From assembly GCF_030144855.1 (NCBI RefSeq), contig NC_082711.1, positions 158,906,001-158,970,000 on the forward strand: a stretch of DNA of 64,000 nucleotides, written 5' to 3'. Under the pieces are notes generated by a model that was not told the DNA's origin, searched no databases, and saw only the letters and a list, made by a program, of their open reading frames with translations. Both the position numbers and the translations under genes were made by a program. The stretch comes from Hypanus sabinus (Eukaryota). Shown here piece by piece: positions 1-11,630 of the stretch (its first letter is position 1; each line of letters opens with the position of its first letter).

Positions 1-158
1 AAAATCGGGTTGACACTGGACTCCAAGGGAAGGGATTTGCAGAATGCCTATGAGAAAGCATTTTTGAGCACTTTGTGGTTGAGCTCACCAGGGAAGAGGA
101 AGTTCTGGATTAGGTGTTGTCTACTGAACCAGATTTGATCAGGGATCTTAAAGTAAAT
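1..158 (+). mobile_element. Old CR1 LINE, endonuclease-region fragment (continues after 4901)
   Basis: Degenerate translation resembles CR1 EN FLEQxVxEPTRxxAxLDxVLxNEPDLIxxLKV. The following S-D-H-N-M-I-E-F motif resumes right after the hAT right end (agtgatcataatatgatagaattc at ~4926). Confidence 0.75.
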
Positions 159-666
159 CAGTGATTCCCAACGGGGGTGGTCATGTTCCCTAAAGGGACA
201 GGGAAATAGAAGTCATAGGAGGGCATTCAAGATTCTTGACGGGGGCAGTAAGCAGCACCCTAACTTGAGGTATGAGACATGACTGACCGTGCCAACTCAC
301 TGATGTCATCAACATCCGAAAGGCATTCGCAGTTTGTGTTCATTTTTTATTTTAATATATCTTGTTAATGATGGATAATACGTACAGTGCAATCTCTAGG
401 AGTCTTGAATTCTAATCCTGCTAAAAAAACAAACTACAGAATGTGCATCAATACAATGTTACATACCTGGAGTATAGTTTTGTTCCATTCCCATCAGATC
501 AGCAACATCCCATATGCCTTATTTATAATACTGTCCTTTCTACTGAAGCCATGATACCATTAAGATTGCAGGAACGCTTCTGTAAAAGACACTTTGAACA
601 GGCTACGTATAGTATTACTCAGTTCCAGAAGATGAAAGAAGCATCAAGCACCCACTCAAGTCATTT

Positions 667-3175
667 GGAAGAGCAAATGAGTAAGGAGATAGCAGATATT
701 TGTAGTAAACACAAGGTGGTGATTGTGGGAGATTTTAATTTTCCACACGTAGATTGGGAAGCTCATTCTATAAAAGGGCTGGATGTTTTAGAGTTTGTGA
801 AATGTGTGCAGGATAGCTTTTTGCAACAATATATAGAAGTACCGACTAGAGATGGGGCAGTGTTGGATCTCCTGTTAGGGAATGCGATAGGTCAGCTGAC
901 AGATGTATGTGTTGGGGAGCACTTCGGGTCCAGTGATCACAATAGCATTAGCTTCAATATAATTATGGAGAAGGACAGGACTGGACCTAGAGTTGAGATT
1001 TTTGATTGGAGAAAGGCTAACTTTGAGGAGATGTGAAGGGATTTAGAGAGAGTGGATTGGGTCAAGTTGTTTTATGGGAAGGATGTAATAGAGAAATGGA
1101 GGTCATTTAAGGGTGAAATTATGAGAGTACAGAATCTTTATGTTCCTGTTAGGTTGAAAGGAAAGGTTAAAGGTTTGAAAGCACCATGGTTTTCAAGGGA
1201 TATTAGAAACTTGGTTCGGAAAAAGAGGGATGTCTACAATAGATATAAGCAGCATGGAGTAAAGGAATTGCTCGAGGAGTATAAAGAGTGTAAAAGGAAT
1301 CTTAAGAAAGAGATTAGAAAAGCTAAAAGAAGATACGAGGTTGGTTTGGCAAATAAGGTGAAAGTAAATCTGAAAGGTTTCTACAGTTATATTAAAAGCA
1401 AGAGGATAGTGAGGGATAAAATTGGTCCCTTAGAGAATCAGGGTGGTCAGCAATGTGTGGAGCCGAGGGAGATGGGAGAGATTTTGAATGATTTCTTCTC
1501 TTCGGTATTCACTAAGGAGAAGGATATTAAATTGTGTAAGGTGTGGGAAACAAGTAAGGAAGTTATGGAACCTATGACAATTAAAGAGGTGGAAGTACTG
1601 GCGCTTTTAAGAAATTTAAAAGTGGATAAATCTCCAGATCCTGACAGGTTATTCCTCAGGACCTTGAGGGAAGTTTGTGTAGAGATAGCAGAAGCTCTAA
1701 CGGAGATCTTTCAGATGTCATTAGAAACGGGGATTGTGCCGGAGGATTGGCGTATTGCTCATGTGGTTCCATTGTTTAAAAAGGGTTCTAGAAGTAAGCC
1801 TAGCAATTATAGACCTGTCAGTTTGACATCAGTGGTGGGTAAATTAATGGAAAGTATTCTTAGAGATAGTATTTATAATTTTCTGGATAGACAGGATCTG
1901 ATTAGGAGTAGCCAGCATGGATTTGTGCGTGGAAGGTCATGTTTGACAAACCTTATTGAATTTTTTGAAGAAGTTACGAGGAATGTTGACGAGGGTAAGG
2001 CAGTGGATGTAGTCTATATGGACTTCAGCAAGGCCTTTGAAAAAGTTCCACATGGAAGATTAGTTAAGAAGGTTCAGTCGTTAGGTATTAATGCTGGAGT
2101 AATAAAATGGATTCAACAGTGGCTAGATGGGAGATGCCAGAGAGTAGTGGTGAATAATTGTTTATCGGGATGGAGGCCAGTGACTAGCGGGGTGCCTCAG
2201 GGATCTGTTTTGGGCCCAATGTTGTTTGTAATATACATAAATGATCTGGATGATGGGGTGGTAAATTGGATTAGTAAGTATGCCGATGATACTAAGGTAG
2301 GAGGTGTTGTGGATAATGAGGTGGGTTTTCAAAGCTTGCAGGGAGATTTATGCCGGTTAGAAGAATGGGCTGAACGTTGGCAGATGGAGTTTAATGCTGA
2401 GAAGTGTGAGGTTCTACATTTTGGCAGAAATAATCCAAATAGAACATACAGGGTAAATGGTAGGGCATTGAGGAATGCAGTGGAACAGAGAGATCTAGGA
2501 ATAACAGTGCATAGTTCCCTGAAGGTGGAGTCTCATGTAGATAGGGTGGTGAAGAAGGCTTTTGGAACGCTGGCCTTTATAAATCAGAGCATTGAGTACA
2601 GAAGTTGGGATGTAATGTTAAAATTGTACAAGGCATTGGTAAGGCCAAATTTGGAATATTGTGTACAGTTCTGGTCACCGAATTATAGGAAAGATAACAA
2701 TAAATTAGAGAGAGTGCAGAGATGATTTACTAGGATGTTACCTGGGTTTCAGCACTTAAGTTACAGAGAAAGGTTGAACAAGTTAGGTCTCTATTCATTG
2801 GAGCGTAGAAGGTTGACGGGGGATTTGATCGAGGTATTTAAAATTTTGAGAGGGATAGATAGGATTGATGTGAATAGGCTGTTTCCATTGAGAGTAGGGG
2901 AGATTCAAACGAGTGGACATGATTTGAGGGGGCAGAAGTTTAAGGGAAACACGAGGGGGTATTTCTTTACTCAGAGAGTGATAGTTGTGTGGAATGAGCT
3001 TCCTGTAGAAGTAGTAGAGGCCAGTTCAGTTGTGTCATTTAAGGTAAAATTGGATAGGTATATGGACAGGAAAGGAGTGGAGGGTTATGGGCTGAGTGCG
3101 GGTAGGTGGGACTTGGTGAGATTAAGAGTTCGGCACGGACTAGGAGGGCCGAGATGGCCTGTTTCCGTGCTGTGA
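667..3175 (+). pseudogene. CR1 ORF2 (partial APE endonuclease plus reverse transcriptase) with two in-frame stops
   Basis: ORFs 443-1036, 1052-2725 and 2735-3175 share one frame, separated only by TGA codons. Motifs include NYRPVSLTS, QHGF, YMDFSKAF, GVPQGSVLGP and YADD. Confidence 0.93.
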
Positions 3176-3200
3176 TTGTTATATGCTTATATGGTTATTT
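667..3200 (+). mobile_element. Young 5'-truncated CR1 LINE inserted in the hAT transposase
   Basis: Starts mid-endonuclease (EEQMSKEIAD...GDFNF...SDHN) and ends in a CR1 3' UTR with a gttatatg-type tail. The transposase is continuous across the removed insert (actcaagtcattt|gccaagaaaact), with attt at both junctions. Confidence 0.93.
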
Positions 3201-5001
3201 GCCAAGAAAACTGAAACTGACCTTAAGAATCTCATTGCTTCTTATAATCTTTCCTAAATGATAAAAAGAGAGGAAAATCTCATATAATTGGGAAAGATTA
3301 ATAAAGCCTGCTGTATCAGAAGTGCTCACCATTGTTCTTAAAATGAATACCACTATTTTAAAATCAATTCCTCTGAGTAATAACTCTGTTGCTCATCATG
3401 TTGATGAAATGAGTGAAGACATTGAGTATCAACTATGCACAGAGCTGCAAAAAACAGGAATTGGAATAGTGCGAGACAAGGAGGCATTCCTAATGGTTTA
3501 TGTCCAGTTTATCAAAAATGGAAAAGTTTACGAAGAGATTCTCTTTTGTAAAAAGTTAAAAACACGTATCAACAGAGAATCAATCAATGACAAGCTCAAA
3601 ATGTATATTGAGGATAAAAGTATTCCAATTAGAAATATGATTTCTTGCACAACAGAAGGAGCACAACAGGTCACTGTGCTGGTTTGGTGGCATTAATGAA
3701 AAAAGAAATTCCAAGTATGTTTGCAATCCATTGCGCAATTCATCATCAACATCTTGCAGCCATAAACCTCAGCCAGTGACTTTATCAAGCATAACTCTTG
3801 TAATATCTGCTATCAAGAAAATTAAATCTCATCCATTAAATAGCAGAATATTTCACCAGTTATACCAAGGTAACAATGAAGAGTTTGAATGTTTGCTTCT
3901 TCACACTGAAGTGCTGTCAAAAGGCTGCTGCTTAAAATGTTCCTTTGATCTCCTTGAGACTGTGGTTGAATTTTCGCTCAAAGTTGACAAGTGCTTGGAA
4001 AACAAGATTGTACTTCTATATGGAGATGTGCCACACCTAGCTCATCTATATGACAAAATGTACATTCTATAAATGTAACTGAAGGGTGAGAATTTCAATT
4101 TAATCCAGGCAAAAAGTGCTATGTCCACTTTTATCAGAAAATTGGAACAATATCAGCAAATCATTGGGAGAAGAATGTTCTCACAGTTTCCCCACATGAA
4201 AAGTATGGCACTCTTTTTCACAGATGGTGATTTGCAAGGGCATTGCTTACACCTGCAGTCTCTGAAGAAGGATTTTCAGAATCAATTCAAGAACTTGAAT
4301 GATCTTGAAATTTTGGACTGGGTAATTAACCAATTTCTTTGCAAGGAGGAAAAACAGGAAGAGAGTTTGCAAGAAAATATCATTAAAGAAGCAAAAATGC
4401 TTTTCAAAAATATCATCTTTTGTGGTATGAGTCTACACCGTAATATGAAGTTTCTTGGTCTTGGAGAAGAGCCAAACAGATCTTCATTGCATTTTCATCC
4501 TACTACCTTGTTGAAAGAGGCTTCAGAGCAGTGAACCACATATGCACAAAAAACTGAAACCACTTGGACATTGTTATACAGGGAGACTTAAGGCTTTTGC
4601 TGTCACAGATATTTCAACTATTGCTAAAAACCATCAAGCCCAAAGATCACATTGATATTGAAGCTGCTGTACAGCGCACTGGTACTGTGTAAGCTAGGTT
4701 TAAAGAGAAATAAAAATTTAAAGCAGTATCATTTTTCTCACGTTAGCATATTGTAGATGTATTTTTACATTATGGGGCACTGGAAAGTATATTGTGCCTA
4801 AAAGGTGCATTGGCCAGCATGAAGGTGCTTTGAGTGCGGGAGGGGGTGTGTTGGCAAGTATGGAAGTACTTTAAGGGGGCTAAAAAAGGTTGGGAAAACT
4901 GAGGTAGATGAACTCTTTCAAAATCAGTGATCATAATATGATAGAATTCACCATGCAGTTTCTGAGGGAGAAGCTAACATAAAATGTTTTGGTATTACAG
5001 T

Positions 5002-5820
5002 TGTTACGTATCCCGTAACTGGATAACTTACCAGCAAAGATAGAGAGGTCCGTTGAAGTCTGATGTCACTATTTTCAAACGTTTTTATTTATAAAGGGGC
5101 ACAAAAGTAAGGTTAATGCAAACATTCAGATAATGCACGTCGTCAATACTCAATCTAAAGCGCGGGTGTAGTAATAAGCATCCTTAAGAAATAATCTCGA
5201 CTGTTGTCTCGGGAATAATATATTGTCCGTTGGGGATATAAAAGCCACTCAGAAGTCTGCAGGCTTCAGCCTTTTGGGGAATCACTGGGTTTCACGTGTT
5301 TTAGAGAGACTGGTGAGAAAAGGAAAAACTTGCCCGGGTCTTTATGAAGCAACTCCATTGAATCAGGGGAGCGTTGGTTCCCCGTTGTTAGTTCGAAGTC
5401 CTTTTCGGTGTTATCAGCCACTCGCTCCCCAGGCAAAGGAGAAACGGAACGCATGTGGCTTTGTATGGCTTCCCGCTAGCACGGGAGCACTGAGCAATGG
5501 TGTCCTTCTGGTGCGTCGCTGGGGTACCGCCTCCTGCAGTCCCCTTTTATCTTGACTTGCAGAGTTGTAGATGTCCATCAAAGTAGGGTGATGCAATCCC
5601 CACCCCCACATTGCCCGAGGGTGTCTATATCCATGGTAGCTGTCACGTAGCAGGGACATGCAATTCACACAGGTGTCTCTAAGAACAATGGTCAAAACCG
5701 TTGCATTGTCTCTCATTTCCTGGGTCCAAGACCCGAATTAATAGTGATCTTGCGATTCTCCGGAAGGAGGGGGCTGCTCCCGCCCCTTCGGCCCCTCAGA
5801 GCTGTGGTACATTCATAACA
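5002..5820 (-). mobile_element. Solo LTR (819 bp)
   Basis: TGTTA...TAACA termini with a perfect 4-bp TSD cagt (4998-5001 / 5821-5824). An AATAAA signal lies on the minus strand near 5085. CpG-rich relative to its flanks. Confidence 0.88.
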
Positions 5821-5885
5821 CAGTTAAATAAAGGTAACTATAGAGGTATGAGAGGAGCTAGCCAAAGTTGATTAGAAGAGGAGCT

Positions 5886-6131
5886 TGTTATGTTTTCTAA
5901 CTCTGAAACATTAAACTAATTGAAATGAAAAGATGGTAGTCTGAAATGTGATTCTAGCTTTGTATTTACTTTAAACAAGGTGTGCACATATTGTATGGTA
6001 GCGACATGACATATACAATTCACAAATTTTACATATAACCTATAATTAATTATATAAACAAATCAAGAAAGCCAAATCAACAATATTGTTACAATCTTAC
6101 TTAAATACTACTGAAATATTAAATGCACAAC
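5886..6131 (-). mobile_element. Solo LTR of the ~250-bp Gypsy LTR family also seen at 14100, 15527 and 51318
   Basis: tgttatgttttctaactc...tactgaaatattaaatgcaca is visibly similar to both LTRs of the Gypsy element at 14100-15760. Confidence 0.75.
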
Positions 6132-6569
6132 TGACCCCAGCAGGTAGAGCAGCAAGGACAGAAGTTTCTGAGAGTATTTCGGAAGATGCAAGATCATTTC
6201 ATTCCAAAGGGGAAGATGCATTCTGAAGGGAGGAGAAAGCAATTGCGGCTGACGTGGGAAGTCAAAGGCAGCACGAAAGCAAAGGAGGGTCAGAATCAAG
6301 TTTAATATCATTGGTATACTGTGTATCGCAATTGCTGTTTTGCAGCAGCAGTACATAATAATAAAAAAACTATAAATTATAATAAAAATATCTTTTTAAA
6401 AATTTAAATGAAATAAATAGTGCAGTGCAAAAAAAAGATAAAATTTGAGGGACTGTACATGGGTTCATTGTCCATTCATAAATCTGAAGGTGGTGGGGAA
6501 GAAGCTATCCCTAACGCATTGAATGTGTGTCTTCAGGTTCCTATACCTCCTTTTTGATGGTAGGAATGA

Positions 6570-7160
6570 TATAATGTCCTGGTTAAGATTTATACTGCTA
6601 TGTTGTGAGGTATTTTGATTTTAGCAGTTTTAGTGTCCTGTTAGTAAGAGTATTTTGGCTTTGGTTATAGATAAGGAGCCATTTTGTCCAAATTAGGAAT
6701 GTTGTGTCAGACAGTTGGGTTTGGCTTGGTACATGTTGCAACTTTCTACCCAATGGGATGTTGGGGAAGATTCAGAAATGAGCTCCGATGTTTATGTGCA
6801 CATTTGGACTGGTTTAACTATAATGGACCCTTTTCTTTTTCTTTTCTTTTTCTGTTAAACATTTGTTAAAGTTATACTATTGGTAAATATGTTTCCTTTT
6901 TTAATTTTATGCCTGTGTATGATCTGTTATTTTTCGGGTGATCGATAATTTTGCATGGGGCAATATTAACACTGCATTCACTATAATTCACATTCCTTCC
7001 CGGCACATTCCAACCTTCCTGTTTGGTTGAACCCAAATCATATTGACCTTAGACATGTGTTGCTTATGGAAGGTGGCCTTCTCACTGCCAAGTCATCTGG
7101 CTGTTAGTAGAGTTGGCTAAGGAGCCAAGTTTGTATACAAGCCTTGGTGAGAGGGTTACA
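6570..7160 (+). mobile_element. Solo LTR (591 bp) inside the Rex1-type LINE
   Basis: T(a)TAA...TTACA termini with 4-bp TSD atga (6566-6569 / 7161-7164). The LINE is continuous across it. Strand is tentative. Confidence 0.75.
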
Positions 7161-8856
7161 ATGAGAAGAAGGCATGTCCTGGGTGATGGGAGTCTTTAAT
7201 GTTGGAGATCCTTAAAGAACGATGTCCTTTTTTGAGTCTTTTGAAGACGTCCAAGTTGCTGGGGAGGTTAGTGCCCATTGTGGAGCTGGCTGAGTTCTCA
7301 ACTTACTGCAATTTTTTTCAATCCTGTGCCATTGCCCCTCCATACCAAACAGCATTAGAATGCTCTCAATGGTATATCTGTAGAAACTTGTGAGAGTCTT
7401 TGGTGTCCTACTAAGTCTCCTCCAACTCCTGATGAAATATAGACATTGCTATAATTTCTTATAGCCATCTTTGGCTACATAGGCCATCTTTGTAATTGCA
7501 TCAATATGTTGGGCCCAGGTTAGATCTTCAGAAACATAGGCACCCAGGAACGTGAAAATGAATACCCTTTCCACTGCTGATCCCTCAATGAGGACCAGTG
7601 TGTGTTCCTTCAGCTTCACCTTCTGAAGTCCACAACCAATTCCTTAGTCTTACCGATGTTGGTTGATGTTATGACACCACTCAACCAGCTGATCTATCTT
7701 CCTTCTGTACGCCTCCTTGCCACCATCTGAAATTCTGCCAACAATAGCTGTGTCATTCCTAAATTTATAGATGGTATTTGGGCTGCACTAGCTACACAAT
7801 TGTGGGTGTAGGGAGAGTAGAGCATTGGGTTAATCACACATCTTTCAGGTGTGCCTGCATTGATTGTCAGTGAAGAGGAGATGTTATTTCCAATCTGCAC
7901 TATCTATGGTCTCCCAATGAGGAAGTCAATGATTCAGTTGTAGAGGGAGTTACAGAGACCCAGGTTTTGTTGATTAGTACTGAGGGTATGATGGTGTTGA
8001 ACACTGAGCTGTAACCAACAAATAGTAGCATAATGTAGGTATTGCTATTGGCCAGGTGATCCAAGGCCATGTGGAGATCCAGTGAGGTTGCACCCACTGC
8101 AGACCTCTTCTGAGAATAGGTGAATTGCAGCAGGTCCTTGTTTAGGCAGGAGTTGATTTTGGCCAGGACCGATCTCTCAAATCATTTCATCACAGAAGAC
8201 GTGAGTGCCGCTGGGTGATGGTCATTGAGGCAGCTCACCCTGCTCTTCTTGGGCATTGGTGTGTTTGTCGCCCTTTTGAAGCAGGTGGGAAGCTCCAGCT
8301 GCAGCAGTGAGAGACTGAAGATGTCCATCAATACTCCCACCAGTTGGTTGGTGCAGGTTTTCAGTTTCCTACCAGGTACTCCATCAAAGGCTTGAGCGGT
8401 TTCACTGTCTCGAAAGACGTTCTGATGTCAGCCTCTGAGACAGATCACATGGTCTCCACATGTTGCTGGGGGTTTACAAAGGTGCAGTTTTATTCTCTCT
8501 TTCAAAGCAAGCATAAAAAGCATTGAGCTCATCTCAGATTGAAGCATTACAACCATTCATGATGTCAGGTTTCTCCTTGTAGGAAGAAATGGCCTGCAAA
8601 CCCTGTCACAGCTGACGTGCATCCAATTCTGTCTCTAACTTCAATCACAATTGTTTTTTCTTTTTGTTTTTGGTTTTCTCTTAAAATAGTCTTACTTAGG
8701 TTGTACCTGGACTTCTTATATAGTTCTGGATGACCTGTCTTGAATGCCACCGACCTAGCCTTCAGCAGACTACAAATCTCCTGGTTCATCCACAGTTTCT
8801 GGTTTGGGTATGCCTGGTAGGTTCTCATCCACAAGGATCTTCATGAAATTAATGAT

Positions 8857-9110
8857 GTGTGTGTGTGTGTGCCCTTAACTCCTGACAAGCTTTTTGCACC
8901 AAACTTTTTGGTGATTGTTCATCTTGGGCGTCTTGGGCATCTGAAACCTGGCGGAGCCCATCCCTCTCCAGGGTTTTTTTTTATGAGGTCAAGTTGCTAG
9001 CTCGACACTCAACCCAGGCACAGATGGAGAGTGTGCAAGGGAGCTGGCCGGCTGGGAACTTGGGACCTCTCGCCTCAAAGTCCAATGCTGATGCCACTAA
9101 GCCACCAGCT
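8857..9110 (-). mobile_element. tRNA-derived SINE with (CA)n tail
   Basis: The minus strand begins agctggtggcttagtggcatcagc...ggtcccaagttc (A-box/B-box-like) and ends at a gt microsatellite. Confidence 0.6.
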
Positions 9111-9991
9111 AGTTATCCAACATCAATGATAACTGATTCAAAATGAATCCCTGAATATTGTCCTGTTCACCAACTCAAAGCACGGTCAAGTTCTCTTCCA
9201 GCTCCCTTGATCATACCTTCTTGGTCTTCACCACTGGTGCTGCAGTCTTTAACCTCTGTCTATCCACTGGGAGTAGAAGTACAGCTAGGTAATCAAACTT
9301 TCCAAAGAGCAGATGTGAGATGGTACTGTAAGCATTCTTGGTAGTGGTATAACAGTGCTCAAGTGCATTGGCACTTCTGATTCCCCAGGTGATATGTTGG
9401 TGGTAGCCATTCTGAGGCTTCTGCAAGTTGTTCTGGTTGAAATCCCCCACAATGATTGGGAAGGCATCAGGGTGTGTTGGTGTGTTTTGTGACTGCTAAT
9501 CATGGTTCTCCAGTGCCTGCCTGATATTACCTTGAGCTGGAATGTACACTGTTACCAGGATGATGTCGGAAATCTCCCTTGGCAATTAAAATGGATGACA
9601 TTTGACCGCTACAGGTTCCAGAGTGGGTGAGCAGGATTAAAACAGAACCACCACATCCGTGCATCTCAATCAGTTGATCATGAAACTCTATCTCTACCTT
9701 TAAAAGAGTCATCTATCCTGTCTTTTCTTTGGATGGTAAAGCCTTTGGGCTGCAACACTGCGTCCAAAATGTCAGAGGTGTGCCATGTTTCCATGAAGCA
9801 AAGTACACTGCAGGCCCTGATGTCCCTCTGGTTTAGCAATCTTCGTCTGAGGAATTCAATATTATTTGCCAGCAGGTTAGTCCGTAGTTAGCTTTTATGC
9901 CTCTGCATTTCTATTGTATCGGTAGACCCGAGCACCTGCCTCCATTTTCATAAAGAGGAACTGCACTTAAGACCCGAGTCTGTCGATTTTG

Positions 9992-11445
9992 AGGAGAGGA
10001 CGTACAATATAGCATAAATTAGTTGAAAGCTGGAGCTTGGGGAAGCTTCAAAAAAAAAGATGGCAGTTAAAGGGAAGACAAGATGAGTTATGAGGGTAAG
10101 CATGCTCATATTATTAAAAAAATGGCAGAGCAGACTTGATGGGCTACTTTTCTACTCTTATGGTCTTATCATCTCATATGAAGGCCACTAATGCTCTAAT
10201 CACCTAATAAGCCACAGAAGGTTGGATAACTGGCAGGAGGCAAAGAGAGGGAATAAATGGGGCAGAAATAACAAGCAGGATAGACAAAGAAGAATCGGTG
10301 GATGTTGCGTAGTTGGTTTTTCAGAAGTGGTGTTACACGTGAAGCCGATTAGCACGATGAGAGCCCGTGGTATTACGGTGAAGATACAAGCGTGGATTGA
10401 GCATTGGCTGATTGGCAGGAAGCAAAGAGTAGGAATAAAGGAAGCCTCTTCTGACTGGTTGCACAGTGACTGGTCTTCGGACTGCTTCCTTTTACATTGT
10501 ATGTAAATGACTTGGAGGATGGAATCGGTAGCTTGTGGCCATGTTTGCAGGTGACAGAAGATTGGTGGAGACACAGTCTTGAGGAAGCAGTGAAGCTGCA
10601 GAGGCTTAGATAGATTGGTAAAATGGGCAAAGAAGATGGAATGTAGTGTCAGTAAATGTATGGTTATACACTGTGGTAGAAGAAATAAAAGTGTAGACTA
10701 TTTTCTAAATGGGAAGAAAATTCAAAATTCAGAGGTGCAGAGGGACTTGGGAGTACTTGGGCAGAATTCCCTAAGGATGAATTTGCAGATCGAGTCAGTA
10801 GTACAGAAGTCAAATATTAGCTTTCATTCTGAAAGGACTAAAATCCAAAAATAAAGATGTAATGCTGAGTCCTTATAACACATTAGTCAGACCGCACTTA
10901 GAGTATTATGAGCAGTGTGGGCCCTTATCTAAGAAAGGATGTGGAGGTTATCTAAGAAGAGGTTCTTAAGAATTATCTTGGGAATTGAAGGATTTAACAT
11001 GTGACTAGCATTTGATGGCTTTGGGCCTGTGCCCGCTGGAGTTCAGGAAAAAGAAGAGGGGATTTCTTTGAAACCTATCCAATATTGAAATGCCTAGACT
11101 GGGTGGTTGTGGAGAGGATATTACCAATTATAGGGGAATTCTAGGACCAAGAGGCACAGCCTCAGAATACCAGGACATTCCTTTAGTACAGAGATAAGAA
11201 GGAATTTTTTCAGCCAGAGAGTGGTGAATCTGTGGAACTCATTGCCACAGGAGTCTGTGGAAGCAAGTCTTTGGGTATATTTAAATTGGAGATTGATAGG
11301 TTCTTAATTAGAAAGGATATCAAAGGGTGGGGGGAGAAGGAAAAATGAGGTTGAGAGGGATAATAAATCAGCTATGATTAAATAGCAGCGCAGACTTGAT
11401 GGCTCAAATGACCTATTTCTGCTCCTATGTCTTGTGGTCTTATGA
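9992..11445 (+). mobile_element. Old CR1 LINE, RT to 3' UTR fragments
   Basis: AWIEHWLIGRKQRVGI, KCMVIHCGRRNK, VQRDLGVL, then the typical CR1 3' end (cagagagtggtgaatctgtggaac...ctgctcctatgtcttgtggtctt). Confidence 0.85.
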
Positions 11446-11449
11446 TCAC

Positions 11450-11630
11450 ATGCAAACAACAGAAGAAGTGAGCAGCATTTCAAATCCAATAGCCAATTGT
11501 TCACCCCATCAAACACCAACCTGCCTTACCTGCAGCAGAATCTACAGATCCTGTAAGGGTCATTTCGTTGTTTCAGAATGAAGTGAAAGCAAGGTGTTCT
11601 ATGCCAAAGCAACTCCGCAAAGAAAGGAAG
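11450..11630 (+). mobile_element. RTE-type LINE 3' remnant
   Basis: TCLTCSRIYRS resembles the C-terminal CxxCxRxC zinc motif of RTE ORFs. Confidence 0.4.

Larger units (their letters stand above)
443..4655 (+). pseudogene. Buster-type hAT transposase pseudogene (443-666 and ~3200-4655, interrupted by a CR1)
   Basis: N-terminal BED-like region YLEYSF..PICLIYNTVLSTEAMIPLRLQE. Then IPLSNNSVAHHVDEMSEDIE, CTTEGA (CxDGA-like), LLLHTEV(RW)LSKG and a C-terminal IAFxSYYLVERGFxAV-like dimerisation motif. Many frameshifts and stops. Confidence 0.85.
159..4901 (+). mobile_element. Full-length degenerate hAT DNA transposon, Buster/Charlie type (SCAND3/ZBED8-like transposase)
   Basis: Left TIR cagtgattcccaac at 159 and right TIR gttgggaaaactg ending at 4901. 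The 8-bp TSD with central TA is aagtaaat (151-158) / aggtagat (4902-4909). Transposase motifs lie inside. Confidence 0.88.
4902..6289 (+). mobile_element. Old CR1 LINE continuation (interrupted by two solo LTRs)
   Basis: SDHNMIEF, then LNKGNYRGMR..LAKVD-like and FIPK..WLTxEVK-like CR1 linker segments flank the LTRs. Confidence 0.7.
6290..9990 (-). mobile_element. Long degenerate Rex1/Babar-type LINE (EN + RT)
   Basis: Minus-strand ORF pieces: GDFNQNNL...LEHCYTT...FGKFDYLAVLLLP, YPNQKLWMNQEI, LDHLANSNTYIMLLFVGYSSVFNTIIP and IGNNISSSLTINAGTP. A 3' tail (cagaatcaagtttaatatca on plus) lies at 6290. Confidence 0.85.

Noticed and set aside
1052-2725. 557-aa RT ORF as a host gene, or as a retron/DGR/defence-type RT system
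   Set aside because: It is an ordinary CR1 ORF2 segment bounded by in-frame stops, 5'-truncated and followed by a CR1 3' UTR.
3322-4534. Domesticated ZBED/SCAND3-like gene
   Set aside because: Multiple frameshifts, loss of the first catalytic-Asp region, intact TIR/TSD context and a LINE insertion indicate a dead transposon.
5223-5716. Overlapping ORFs within the solo LTR
   Set aside because: No recognisable domain. Expected by chance in GC-richer LTR sequence.
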